This document shows, in pieces, positions 17,726 through 27,840 of a stretch of 64,000 bases of DNA. Within the stretch, counting starts at the first letter, position 1; every line of letters starts with the position of its first letter. A program made the position numbers and the translations under genes. Under the pieces are notes generated by a model. It worked only from the letters and a program-made list of their open reading frames with translations, ran no database searches and was not told where the DNA came from. The stretch comes from Candidatus Roizmanbacteria bacterium RIFCSPHIGHO2_02_FULL_40_13b. GTDB lineage: Bacteria; Patescibacteriota; Microgenomatia; UBA1406; HO2-37-13b. The stretch is from NCBI GenBank assembly GCA_001789445.1, contig MFZQ01000013.1, positions 4,596 through 68,595 of the forward strand. The letters run 5' to 3'.

Positions 17726-17807
17726 TGTCATTCCCGCGGAGGCGGGAATCTAATTGAATGGATCCCCTGCCTGCCGGCAGGCAAGGCCGATCAGGTCGGG
17801 GATGACA
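17726..17807. repeat. family-A element with nested palindrome
   Basis: tgtcattcccgcggaggcgggaatc..ggatcc[cctgcctgccggcaggcaagg]ccgatcaggtcggggatgaca. Confidence 0.8.
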
Positions 17808-17818
17808 ACAGCGTCGTC

Positions 17819-20800
17819 CTAATTAATTATCCACCAATTAAAACTTGCTAGAACTGATATTGGTTCATCGAGCGTTACTACAAAATAACTCTTACAAGAA
17901 ACTTCTTCCTTCGTACAAGCCTTTTTCAAAGACATATAGAGTGGGCTGTTTTTTGTGTTTGAAGTGGGGGAAATATACACCAAAGAATCTTTATTCAGCC
18001 GATCATTATAGATGGTGATATCTCGACTTCCGGCTGGTATTTCTCCTTCGCCTGCAGATGTTGCATTTGTTTCAATTGCTCCACTTACACTTTTGGCGGA
18101 CGTGTCATTTGCGTCTGCAAGATACGTGTTAACTTTGATTCCTTGGGCAAAATATGCAGATCCCGATGCGTCAATTGAAGCAACTGTTTGAGCTTCGTTA
18201 TTCAATACTTCAAGTTTTGTCGGCGTTTCTGCTTTCTCATTCAAGCTCAACTTAATATTATCTTTTTCGGAAAGGGCAGAAATTCGGTTTGTCCGAATTC
18301 CTTTTTGTGCGATGAGTTCGCCCTTAGTCGTCAAATTTCCGTCTCGAGAAACAATTACTGCGCCGTCAAGGAGATTTATCGTTGAAATAGCAGATATCCG
18401 CAGCTCGAATCCGAGTCCCATGATTGAGTTGTCCTCGATATTCACCGTTCCGGCCATGAGCGATCCTGCAACTGCAACATCATAGAGATTACTTCTTCCC
18501 GTTACCGTGAGATTTTCTAGATTTGGAACTGATACTAAATCCATAGGAGGAAGTTTATACTGTTGTGGATCAGGTAGGGGAGTATTTTTAATTTTATTAA
18601 GCTCATTTTCAATATCGGTAATGTTTTGCGAACTTACTTTTTTCGCAGTCAAGGTTCCGGAGATAGTTGCCTCATTACTTTGCACCGTTTCTGCGACTAA
18701 TGTTTCGGTCGTGACTTTATCACTTGTCAATGTGCCTGAAAACGTTGCATTCCCCACAGCATCAATTGAGGCAACCGGATTATTATCAAAGCCATTAATG
18801 ATAAGTTTTGCAAGCTCACTTTTTTCCCCAGGGCTTTGTGAAGGCCCAGAAAGATCAATGGTTACATCTTTTTCAATTGGAACAATCTTGTGTGTTTTGA
18901 CTATCGGAACTGACTTTATCTCTGGATCATATACTTCTTGATTGTTGATTGGGCTAAATGACCCAGGCTGAATTGTTGCATTTATTATCCCCACAGATTC
19001 TTTATTATAGGAATTCTGCGCAAATCCAATAATTCGTCCATTTGTGGTTGCCTTTTGGGCAACTCCAGATATTTTTGAATAGGTCAGTGCATCTCCCGAA
19101 TTAATCATTCCACCCTGGGTTGTTACTTTCACCGGTAATTGTCCAACAAGTCCCACGAGCGTATGTTTTTCATCATTATTTCCCGTAGCATTTCCAATAA
19201 ATGCGGCATTTTTTGAAATAACACCAATAATTAGATTATCATTCTGATCACAAGGTGTAACCATTCCATCTGCAATCTGGCATAGCAAGCTTCCTGGTTC
19301 CCAGCCTAAAGCTGTCGAAGCAATGGTATCATCTTTCAAAAAGTACTCTGCAAAATCACCTCCACCAGATGTGTATGTAACGCCGCTCGTTCCATTACTT
19401 TGAATCTTACCCACTACATCGCCCGTTCCCTTGATAAATGTTATGAAGTTGTTACTCGTATTTCCACTTCCGGTGAATCCAAGTTTTACCGCAAGTCCTG
19501 AGGCAGAAACCCCCGCATCCTTATTCTCAATGAGCGTAACCGGAAGGGTTCCCTGTGAATCAACAATCGATAATTTACTTGCAGGGGCGATCGTTCCGAC
19601 GCCTATTCGGTTGTTTTGGGTATCGAAACTGAAGAGGTCAGTTTGAAAGGCGAGGGAATTGACTGTATTTCCTACGAGCGATACAGCACTTGCCTTTAGG
19701 TAGGTATTTTTTGTGCCAAACACTGTTTCACCCGCGATTCTCAAATCTCCTCCAAGCGCCAACGTATCTTGTGGGTTTGTAGTTGTAAGAATTCCAACGT
19801 CTCGCCTAAGGTATCCTTGGACACCAAAACCTGAACCATATACATTGTCTGCGTAAACAGATTGAAATCGTTTATCACTTGTTCCCAGCGTTTGAATCCC
19901 AGAATAGGCAGGGATGATACTTCCCGTTAACCCAATATCACCCGTGTTCTTAATCGTGGCGACTTGAGCTCCGCCCACGAGAAACTTTATTTGTCCCGAT
20001 TCTGTGGCTGAAAGAGTAATATCGCCATTTCCAGCAGATTGGAGAATTAAGCCTTTGGCGCTTGAGAGAGCGAAGTTTGCCGATTCCATGGTAGATCGAA
20101 CAGACGGTGCCTCGGTGGACAGTAGCACATCTCCAGTGTCACTGATAAAGGAATTTATTGGAGTTTTTGCCGTTGGAGCGGCCCCAATCGATCCGTTAAG
20201 TGGCTGGCGAGGCATCATTTGTGTATCTCCAGTGATAGTTATTCCCAAATAGCTATTAGAGCCAGACAAAACATCTTCTCGAATAGGACTTCCACACTCT
20301 TGACCTAAGGTAATCCGAAAAGAACCTTGAAGGTTCGGAATTAATTCACACGGTCCAGTAGAGTAGAGTTGACGCCCATTTTGTGCCTGATCATAAATAC
20401 CAAACCTAACTTGTGTTTTTTCGGCAATGATATTTCCAAGTGAATCCTTGAGAATGCCTGAAAAAGAGACAAGTCGTGTATTTGGATTATATTGTTGACC
20501 TGAAAATGGGGAAGAAGTAGGTTTACTCTTAGTTGAGATTATAACTACAAGAAAAACTAATATTAATAATAGGGCCCCAGAGAGCCATAAATAGTTAATT
20601 CGGCCATCGTTACTCTTGCTTATTTCCTCGGTCAATTCAGCCTCTATAGGTATGATTTTTATGTTCTCAATATAACTTGATGGAATTTGCTCTTGGGGTG
20701 CAGACTGTATTGGTTCATTGCGTATATTCTGTGCGTGATTTGTATAGCTATATCCATTTTCAACTAAATAAGAACCGAATACTCGGAGTGATGAAAGCTT

Positions 20801-21040
20801 CCTATTAATAGAATTTATTGGAATATCACTATCTAATAGATACTTTTTATATCTAACTAATTCATCTCTTGTAAAGAAGTCGTCATACCTTGAATGTGTT
20901 TGTGTCCAGAGTAAATAATGATTGATGTCTGATTTATATGCCTTTTTAGAGGAAGTACCGAGAGGTAATGAGTCTAAAAACAAAGCTAATTTATCCTGTT
21001 CCAACTGTGCATTATACCGATTTTCATTGCGATCATTCAT
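17819..21040 (-). CDS. large membrane-anchored fibre-like surface protein with integrase-SAM-like N-terminal domain
   Basis: Residues ~30-100 resemble the phage-integrase N-terminal SAM-like domain. TM at ~150-170. Residues ~470-680 resemble phage tail-fibre/neck-appendage auto-processing regions (NRIGVGT..., GGGDFAEYF..., IIGVISKNAAFIGN). Confidence 0.55.
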   Translation of the reverse strand: MNDRNENRYNAQLEQDKLALFLDSLPLGTSSKKAYKSDINHYLLWTQTHSRYDDFFTRDELVRYKKYLLDSDIPINSINRKLSSLRVFGSYLVENGYSYTNHAQNIRNEPIQSAPQEQIPSSYIENIKIIPIEAELTEEISKSNDGRINYLWLSGALLLILVFLVVIISTKSKPTSSPFSGQQYNPNTRLVSFSGILKDSLGNIIAEKTQVRFGIYDQAQNGRQLYSTGPCELIPNLQGSFRITLGQECGSPIREDVLSGSNSYLGITITGDTQMMPRQPLNGSIGAAPTAKTPINSFISDTGDVLLSTEAPSVRSTMESANFALSSAKGLILQSAGNGDITLSATESGQIKFLVGGAQVATIKNTGDIGLTGSIIPAYSGIQTLGTSDKRFQSVYADNVYGSGFGVQGYLRRDVGILTTTNPQDTLALGGDLRIAGETVFGTKNTYLKASAVSLVGNTVNSLAFQTDLFSFDTQNNRIGVGTIAPASKLSIVDSQGTLPVTLIENKDAGVSASGLAVKLGFTGSGNTSNNFITFIKGTGDVVGKIQSNGTSGVTYTSGGGDFAEYFLKDDTIASTALGWEPGSLLCQIADGMVTPCDQNDNLIIGVISKNAAFIGNATGNNDEKHTLVGLVGQLPVKVTTQGGMINSGDALTYSKISGVAQKATTNGRIIGFAQNSYNKESVGIINATIQPGSFSPINNQEVYDPEIKSVPIVKTHKIVPIEKDVTIDLSGPSQSPGEKSELAKLIINGFDNNPVASIDAVGNATFSGTLTSDKVTTETLVAETVQSNEATISGTLTAKKVSSQNITDIENELNKIKNTPLPDPQQYKLPPMDLVSVPNLENLTVTGRSNLYDVAVAGSLMAGTVNIEDNSIMGLGFELRISAISTINLLDGAVIVSRDGNLTTKGELIAQKGIRTNRISALSEKDNIKLSLNEKAETPTKLEVLNNEAQTVASIDASGSAYFAQGIKVNTYLADANDTSAKSVSGAIETNATSAGEGEIPAGSRDITIYNDRLNKDSLVYISPTSNTKNSPLYMSLKKACTKEEVSCKSYFVVTLDEPISVLASFNWWIIN

Positions 21041-21869
21041 TACTATTTAATAGTAGAGAAGTCTTGTGGCTTTGTCAAGGGGAAAAACAAGTAGATTTGA
21101 TATATTACGATATCTTAAATATAAGAGATTCATACACGAAATAATGAGTTTAGTAAAAGCTTTAATAAGATTAATACATGATAATGCGGTAATTAATGTG
21201 GCTAGTTACTGTATCAGAATAGATAACATATCCTATAAAAATAACGTCGTATAGTTACTATTTTTGTAAAATTGAATTTATGTAATTTGATTAGGTAACT
21301 TATAAATTATATTTAATATTTCTGTGCCTAATTCTAGAGATATGGCTTCCTAATGATCTAGAACAATCATATTTAATTACTATTTAGTTTCAGTGACTAA
21401 AAAGTCGTTTATATCCATATCAAAATTTTAGAGGAAATACCTTTAATTAATTAGCCAGTCATGATAGGAAGAATTGATATTGAGGCTTCTTGATAGCAAG
21501 TTATAGCAGATAGATCTAGTATGGTAGACGATTGAGATGTTACCGCACAAGATCTTACATTATTTGGTTTTTTATCGTTATTAAGTACATTTCGTGTAAA
21601 TTATGAAAATTTTTTAATAATGTAACAGTTATCAATTATGGGTACTGAATGCTAATTTATTAAAATTAAACGAAAGGCTGTTACAAAAGGCTTTATGATT
21701 AACGGATGTGGAAATTAATAAATCACCTATATATTTTTATACTTTTATGTTATGTTGATATACTTTGAAATAATTAATCAGCATTGACAAGAACGTTTCC
21801 GTCTGTTAATCTCTTAATATAAAATCATACGTTCGTATTAAGCGAATAACTACACTAATATAATACACT

Positions 21870-22616
21870 ATGCCAATAAAAGATAGAAGAGTAAAAATAT
21901 TGTTACTGCTTCTCCTAATACCCTCTATTCAATACGATTTCATTGAAATTGACGAAGCAAATCAGAACATATTTGATTTATCTATCAATCAAAAGACAAA
22001 GGGAACTCTTTCAGCTCTACTAAAGGATGGTTCTATTGAAAAAGAAGATCGAAATGGTAGCGTTTTTTATAGAATTACTCAAAAAGGTATTCAAGGACTT
22101 TCTCTAGAATTTCCTTTTTTTAGATTTCTTAGTGAGGAGTGGGATGGATTATGGAGGATTATTTCATATGAAATTCCCGAATCAAAACGAGAAATTCGGG
22201 ATCGGTTAAGACGAGAGATGCGTGGATGGGGACTGGGGCCATGGCATAGGTCATTCTGGATAACCCCACACCCAATAAGTAGCTCCCTAAAGGATCTAGT
22301 TTACGGAAAAGAAGAAGAAAAATACATTCAGTCATTTGAAGCTACACACATGTTTGGAGATATGGATATTCTAGTAGAGAAGGTCTGGGAAAAGTCGCAG
22401 CTTGAGAAGGAATATCGAGCTATGTTCAAGACTTGGCATGAAACACTTTCAACGGACGTTTCAAAAGAAGATAAAATGAAGCAGATTCTATACATATACA
22501 TAGCGACACTTCGCATGGACCCGGGATTACCAAAAAGCTTAGTCGGTAGAAACTTTATTGGGTTTGAGGCATTTGATATATTCAAAGAGGTAAAAGGGAT
22601 TCTTCTAAAAGCCTAA
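21870..22616 (+). CDS. PaaX-like transcriptional regulator
   Basis: WDGLWRIISYEIPESKREIRDRLRREMRGWGLGPWHRSFWITPHP resembles the PaaX C-terminal region. Confidence 0.5.
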   Translation: MPIKDRRVKILLLLLLIPSIQYDFIEIDEANQNIFDLSINQKTKGTLSALLKDGSIEKEDRNGSVFYRITQKGIQGLSLEFPFFRFLSEEWDGLWRIISYEIPESKREIRDRLRREMRGWGLGPWHRSFWITPHPISSSLKDLVYGKEEEKYIQSFEATHMFGDMDILVEKVWEKSQLEKEYRAMFKTWHETLSTDVSKEDKMKQILYIYIATLRMDPGLPKSLVGRNFIGFEAFDIFKEVKGILLKA

Positions 22617-22677
22617 AATACTCATTTTGCGGCATATATACCCTGGTAATTTTCGAATCTATCTGTATGATTCTGAA

Positions 22678-23313
22678 ATGGAGTATTTTGGCGAACACAT
22701 CAAAGAACGGGTGCTATCTTTTTGGACCTCATATCGGTCCGAAGTCCTTCTACTTTCGATCTCCTTTATACTAATGATTTTGTCTGGTGGATTTTTTTTC
22801 ATCCAGAGCAAATCAATTCATGCAGAAAAAGTAACTTCAAAAGTAGTACATCACCGCGTTCAAGATACGGTCGTAAATTTCATTTATGTCGATATATCTG
22901 GTGCGGTAAAAAATCCTAACGTTTATAAATTACCAGAAGGAAGTCGTATGAATGACCTTATTCTTAAAGCTGGTGGATTTACAAAAGACGTCGATTCTCA
23001 AGAGCTTAGTCAAACAGTAAACAAAGCGCATATATTGTCAGATCAAGAAAAAATATATATTCCACGACTAGGGGATTCTCAATACATGACCAAATCCCCA
23101 TCTAATCTCTTATATACAGACCAAAGTGAAAGAAAAATTAATATTAATTCAGCTTCAGAAGAAGAAATAGATACGATTGTAGGTATTGGTCCCGCAATAT
23201 CAAAGAAAATCATTGCGGGAAGGACATACAAAGATATTGCTGATCTTGTGGCTAAAAAAATAGTAGGGCAAGCTCTTTTTATAAAAATAAAAGACAGCAT
23301 TTCAGTGTATTAA
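22678..23313 (+). CDS. comEA: ComEA-like DNA receptor (SLBB + helix-hairpin-helix)
   Basis: N-terminal TM, SLBB-like middle, C-terminal INSASEEEIDTIVGIGPAISKKII HhH. Start placed at the ATG at 22678, 6 nt after tatgat. Confidence 0.7.
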   Translation: MEYFGEHIKERVLSFWTSYRSEVLLLSISFILMILSGGFFFIQSKSIHAEKVTSKVVHHRVQDTVVNFIYVDISGAVKNPNVYKLPEGSRMNDLILKAGGFTKDVDSQELSQTVNKAHILSDQEKIYIPRLGDSQYMTKSPSNLLYTDQSERKININSASEEEIDTIVGIGPAISKKIIAGRTYKDIADLVAKKIVGQALFIKIKDSISVY

Positions 23314-23315
23314 CA

Positions 23316-24122
23316 ATGGGTGGTCCAGAAATATTTTCATCCGTAATTGACGGCTATTTGCCTCAACCACAGGCAGCGCTTCTTAACGGAATCGTATTCG
23401 GAATTCCGATCGGGAAGTATGGGGATTTTCATACAAAGCTCAAGATGGTAGGGCTCTTGCATTTAGTTGTTCTTTCAGGCATGAATATCACAATTCTTGC
23501 GGGGATTGTAACGGCCATAACTATTCCATTTGGCAGGAAATTGAGTCTATTGATAACGGGACTACTTATTCTATTTTTTGTCTATTTTATAGGACTTCAA
23601 GCCCCAGCAGTTCGTGCAGGTTTTTGCGCAATTCTAACAGTCGTATCAATTGCGTTTGGAAGAAAAGCAGTGCCGCTTTATTTACTCATTCTCTCTGGTA
23701 TTTTCATAGCTATATTTTTCCCAGATTGGGTTACAGGTTTATCGTTTCAACTTTCATATGGAGCTACTCTAGGCATTATTTTGTTTGGCCCAAAAATTCA
23801 GATAAACCATTCAGGGCTCTTTGGAAGCTTACTATCAAATATTTCTCAAGAACTTCGCGTGACGCTCGCCGCTCAAGTATTTACGGCGCCGCTTATATTC
23901 ATCCATTTCAAGCAAATATCACTTATTTCTCCACTTGCCAATATCATGGTCGCATTTCTCGTTGCGCCGCTTATGATACTCGGCATGATGACGGCTTTTT
24001 TGGGAAAGATGAGCCACTCGATCGGACTTATTCCTTCCATTATCTGCTATGGAATTCTAAACTACATGCTTTTAGTCATTGATATATTGTCAAAAGTTCC
24101 ATTAGGATACATTTCTTTTTAA
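23316..24122 (+). CDS. comEC: ComEC/Rec2 competence channel, membrane domain only
   Basis: Polytopic protein with LLHLVVLSGMNITIL and the ComEC competence-domain pattern. Ends with TAA 1 nt before the next ATG. Confidence 0.65.
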   Translation: MGGPEIFSSVIDGYLPQPQAALLNGIVFGIPIGKYGDFHTKLKMVGLLHLVVLSGMNITILAGIVTAITIPFGRKLSLLITGLLILFFVYFIGLQAPAVRAGFCAILTVVSIAFGRKAVPLYLLILSGIFIAIFFPDWVTGLSFQLSYGATLGIILFGPKIQINHSGLFGSLLSNISQELRVTLAAQVFTAPLIFIHFKQISLISPLANIMVAFLVAPLMILGMMTAFLGKMSHSIGLIPSIICYGILNYMLLVIDILSKVPLGYISF

Positions 24123-24123
24123 T

Positions 24124-24999
24124 ATGCTTGGAGAACATGTAGTATCGATTAAATTATTTCTCTTTGTTTGCTTTGTGGGACTCACGATATCACTATTCAC
24201 ATATTTTAGGTCGCTCGTTCAGAATCAAAGTCCGCAGGTTGTTTACTGCGACGTTGGCCAAGGAGATGGAACATACGTTCGTACAATTACAGGTATAGAT
24301 ATTATTATTGATGCTGGTCCGGATAGTAGCATATTAACATGCCTAGGCAAATATATGCCAATATTTGACAAAACTATTGAATATGCATTCTTGAGCCATC
24401 CACAACATGACCATTATGCAGGATTTATACCAATGCTTGCAAACTATAGAATAACTACCTTTTATAGCTCTCTTGGAGATAACAAGGCTAAAAGCTATAC
24501 GGTATTGAAAAAGCTTTTGTCACAAAAGGGGACTACTATTAAAAGAATTTTTGCGAAAGATACGATTGATATCGATTTAGAAAACAGAATAGATTTTTTA
24601 TGGCCGGAAAAAGACTTTTATAGTTCAGATCTGAACGATTATTCACAAACGTTCGTACTTACTCTCGCAAATAAATCGTTTCTATTTACCGGAGACGCAA
24701 GCCCTCGATCGCTCACTTTGACTAAGTTACGCTCATGGAATAATACTATACAAATAGACGTGCTCAAAGTTCCACACCATGGCTCAAAAAACGGTCTAAC
24801 AGAAGATTTTTTTAAATTAGCAAACCCGAGAGTAAGTGTGATAAGCGTGGCCGTTCATAATCGCTATAAACATCCATCTCCCAGTATCATTTCCATGCTC
24901 AAAGCCTCAAAACGACCGTATTTTTTAACTTCAGAAAAAGGGGATATATCCTTTACAATTTTACCGGAAGAACTTCTTCCTCAATTTGGCCACGATTAA
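24124..24999 (+). CDS. ComEC C-terminal metallo-beta-lactamase-fold domain as a separate ORF
   Basis: One N-terminal TM helix, then DVGQGDG, SHPQHDHYAG and KVPHHGSKNG MBL-type motifs. Confidence 0.65.
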   Translation: MLGEHVVSIKLFLFVCFVGLTISLFTYFRSLVQNQSPQVVYCDVGQGDGTYVRTITGIDIIIDAGPDSSILTCLGKYMPIFDKTIEYAFLSHPQHDHYAGFIPMLANYRITTFYSSLGDNKAKSYTVLKKLLSQKGTTIKRIFAKDTIDIDLENRIDFLWPEKDFYSSDLNDYSQTFVLTLANKSFLFTGDASPRSLTLTKLRSWNNTIQIDVLKVPHHGSKNGLTEDFFKLANPRVSVISVAVHNRYKHPSPSIISMLKASKRPYFLTSEKGDISFTILPEELLPQFGHD

Positions 25000-25795
25000 G
25001 CTTGTGAAGAAATAAAGTTGTGATAACTATAACGATAAGAAGTATTCCTAGTAACTTAAAAGGCACGGCAGTAAAGCTTTTCGTATTAGAATACCTTCCT
25101 GCTTTATCAGTTGACTCGATTGATACAAGTGCTTTGTAATTTCCAATATGAATCCCATCAAGCTGAAACGAATGTGCCGAATTTGCCGACCTATCGGTAT
25201 ACACAAGCTTGCTTGAATGTCCAAGAACTCTTTGCTTGGGAATTTGAACCACTTCAACAGTCCCAATAGGGGAAACGACTCGAATCGTACCGGTAACATA
25301 GGTCCAATTCGCGCCAGAATTTCGAACCAATATATCCCCATCTATTGTATCAATTGAATCATATAATACTACGCCCGTTTGATTTCCAATAGAAAATTTT
25401 TCAATTGAGACGTTCGTATCGAGTCTTCCTGTTGATGTGACAGTTAGGAGAATATTTGAGAGAACTCTTTGTGATGTTCCAATAGTTGTCTTTCCTTCAA
25501 TTATCCGTCCCGAACCCGAACCAAAGACAAGTTGTGGGTAATAATCTTTTTCAGGAGCGCTATCTTGTATTGAAATCGTTGCGAATCCTTTTTCCATTCT
25601 TCCAGTTGGTAAAAAAACAGAATGAGTAGTTTCTTTATTTTCTCCAAGAGTAATAGTTACGAACGGAGTATTTGGGATAGAAGAGATCAAAAAAGAGCTT
25701 GGATCACCATCATTACGGACTGTATATTCAATTTTCGTGCTCGTTCCAGGCTTAGAGTAGATAATACTCGTTGCCGGTTCTATGTATACATTCAT
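24953..25795 (-). CDS. hypothetical surface protein with C-terminal TM anchor
   Basis: Beta-rich sequence ending in LLGILLIVIVITTLFLHKL. Confidence 0.4.
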   Translation of the reverse strand: MNVYIEPATSIIYSKPGTSTKIEYTVRNDGDPSSFLISSIPNTPFVTITLGENKETTHSVFLPTGRMEKGFATISIQDSAPEKDYYPQLVFGSGSGRIIEGKTTIGTSQRVLSNILLTVTSTGRLDTNVSIEKFSIGNQTGVVLYDSIDTIDGDILVRNSGANWTYVTGTIRVVSPIGTVEVVQIPKQRVLGHSSKLVYTDRSANSAHSFQLDGIHIGNYKALVSIESTDKAGRYSNTKSFTAVPFKLLGILLIVIVITTLFLHKLNRGQIEEEVLPVKL

Positions 25796-25798
25796 ATA

Positions 25799-26455
25799 TT
25801 AATTGTCACAACTGGCAGTTAATTCCAATTTGCCGGAATAACTTCCTCCCAATCCGGCAGTTTTATTAACTTTTATTTCAAGAATTCCTTCTACTGGTCC
25901 ATTTCCACTTCCGGAAAGTATTTTTCGAGGCAAAACTTTCGAAAAAGGTCTAAAAGTATTCTCATTGATGAAATCTGCCGGAGCATACGTACTTTCAACA
26001 TGAACGCCCCAGCCGTAGGAGTTCGGATTTGTCCATTTTTGAGCTACAAGACTTGTGCACTGTTTTGATTCGTCACATTTTGTTTCTGGCAGAATAGTAT
26101 TTCCCAAAACTAGTTTTAGGCTTGATTTTTCCATAACCTCCAGAAGGGCAGATCCATTGAGGCCACTCTTAACCCCAACGCTTATTTTTTGAACTTCTAC
26201 ACCAGAATTTGATCCAAACACAAGTGTATCTGGTTTCTGGAGATAGCTACAACTTGAACCTTTTTCATGCTCAACATATGCATTTCCAGTCAAAACTAAA
26301 CTAGCCTGTGCTTTTCCAATACGTTTTTCTAGAAGTGAACTATTTTGTGAATTAAGCGCTGAATCAATCGAGATTGCAGGTGAAATAATTTGAAACTCGG
26401 AAGCCTGTACATGAACCATGTACCATGTACCATGTAACACCAGAAAGGCTATCAT
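25799..26455 (-). CDS. hypothetical secreted protein
   Basis: From M23 of the track ORF the N-terminus is a signal-like MIAFLVLHGTWYMVHVQA. The upstream 22 codons are repeat-motif DNA, so the start is uncertain. Confidence 0.4.
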   Translation of the reverse strand: MIAFLVLHGTWYMVHVQASEFQIISPAISIDSALNSQNSSLLEKRIGKAQASLVLTGNAYVEHEKGSSCSYLQKPDTLVFGSNSGVEVQKISVGVKSGLNGSALLEVMEKSSLKLVLGNTILPETKCDESKQCTSLVAQKWTNPNSYGWGVHVESTYAPADFINENTFRPFSKVLPRKILSGSGNGPVEGILEIKVNKTAGLGGSYSGKLELTASCDN

Positions 26456-26551
26456 TATGAACTTAATAGTGTTTTGTGTTACATGTCTCGTGTTACATGA
26501 TCTGACTTTCATGAATATCATTATATAGAAATCTGTGCTACAATATCTCTC

Positions 26552-26755
26552 ATGGATGATAAGAAAAAAATACTTGCGAATAATTTTGCCGCAGATGTGG
26601 TGGGCGAGCTAAAAAAAGTCACGTGGCCAACACGCAAGGAAGCAGGGCGACTGACCCTAGCTGTATTTGCAATCTGCTTGATTGTTGGTGTCTATCTAGG
26701 TATAATAGACGTCGTACTAGCCAAAGTTTTAGGAATACTTACTACGGCTCAATAA
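26552..26755 (+). CDS. secE: preprotein translocase subunit SecE
   Basis: ELKKVTWPTRKE followed by one TM helix. Position is directly upstream of nusG. Confidence 0.8.
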   Translation: MDDKKKILANNFAADVVGELKKVTWPTRKEAGRLTLAVFAICLIVGVYLGIIDVVLAKVLGILTTAQ

Positions 26756-26763
26756 ATCTTACT

Positions 26764-27318
26764 ATGTCAGACATTGATGAAAAAAAAGACGTTTCAGCGG
26801 GCAAATGGTATGTTGTTCATGCACAATCTGGTTTTGAAGCAAAAGCCAAGGAAGGACTTGAACAACGTATCAAAACACTCGGGTACACCGACCGGATTTT
26901 TGACATCGTTATTCCGATGCGAAATGTGATGACGATTAAAAAAGGTCAAAAAAAACAGGGGAAAGAAAAGGTTTTTCCCGGCTATTTGCTTATAAAAATG
27001 GTTTTGGATGACGACTCATGGCTTGTGGTACGTACAACTCAAGGAATAACCGGATTTGTTGGTTCCGGAAATAAGCCAACTCCAATTACCGAGAAAGAAG
27101 TTGAGGCGATTAAACGTTTCGTTGAGCAAGAACAGCCTAAATTTAAGGCAAAATTCTCGGTAAATGAAGCGGTAAAAATAACGGACGGCCCTTTTTCGGA
27201 TTTTATTGGTACAATAGAGTCAATAGATGATACTAAAGGGCGCGTAAATGTACTTGTTTCAATTTTTGGTCGCGAGACACCTGTTGAGCTCGACTTTTTA
27301 CAGGTGGCGAAGCTCTGA
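26764..27318 (+). CDS. nusG: transcription antitermination factor NusG
   Basis: [15 protein letters not shown] domain and a C-terminal KOW ([19 protein letters not shown]). Start moved to the ATG at 26764. Confidence 0.9.
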   Translation: MSDIDEKKDVSAGKWYVVHAQSGFEAKAKEGLEQRIKTLGYTDRIFDIVIPMRNVMTIKKGQKKQGKEKVFPGYLLIKMVLDDDSWLVVRTTQGITGFVGSGNKPTPITEKEVEAIKRFVEQEQPKFKAKFSVNEAVKITDGPFSDFIGTIESIDDTKGRVNVLVSIFGRETPVELDFLQVAKL

Positions 27319-27341
27319 AAGAGCTGAGTCAAATAAAAACC

Positions 27342-27764
27342 ATGGCAAAAAAAGTAAAAACAATCATAAAAATTAACCTTCCGGCTGGCGAAGCTACGCC
27401 TGCTCCTCCTGTTGGTCCAGTTTTGGGTCAGCATGGAGTTCCAATTATGGACTTCATCAAGGAATATAATGCAAAAACCGCCGATCAAAAAGGGCAAATA
27501 ATTCCAGCAGTGATTACTGTTTTTGAGGACAAATCATTCACGTTCATAACCAAATTACCCCCCGTTGCCGAAATGATAAAGAAAAAAGTAGGAATAAAGC
27601 TTGGTTCAGGAAATGCGGGGCGTGAGAAAGTAGGGAAGTTGTCACGATCCCAAGCTGAAGAAATCGCAAAAGAAAAAATGGGGGATATGAATGCATTTGA
27701 AATTGACGCGGCAGTGCAAGTGATTTATGGAACTGCCAGGTCAATGGGAGTAGATACAGAATAA
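27342..27764 (+). CDS. rplK: 50S ribosomal protein L11
   Basis: [25 protein letters not shown] is the canonical L11 N-terminus. Confidence 0.95.
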   Translation: MAKKVKTIIKINLPAGEATPAPPVGPVLGQHGVPIMDFIKEYNAKTADQKGQIIPAVITVFEDKSFTFITKLPPVAEMIKKKVGIKLGSGNAGREKVGKLSRSQAEEIAKEKMGDMNAFEIDAAVQVIYGTARSMGVDTE

Positions 27765-27840
27765 CACGAAACACAAACCATGTAACACAAAACATTTATG
27801 TGTGTTACATGTTACATGATTCGTGTTACATGAAATTATT

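Noticed and set aside
21041-21869. AT-rich 829-bp spacer as a replication origin
   Set aside because: I could find no cluster of DnaA-box-like 9-mers (TTATCCACA or its complement). dnaA and dnaN are not adjacent.
24953-26521. Calling the two surface-protein genes a WxL/DUF916-type cell-surface locus
   Set aside because: The C-terminal-anchor architecture is suggestive. I could not find WxL motifs or any diagnostic sequence, so both are left as hypothetical.
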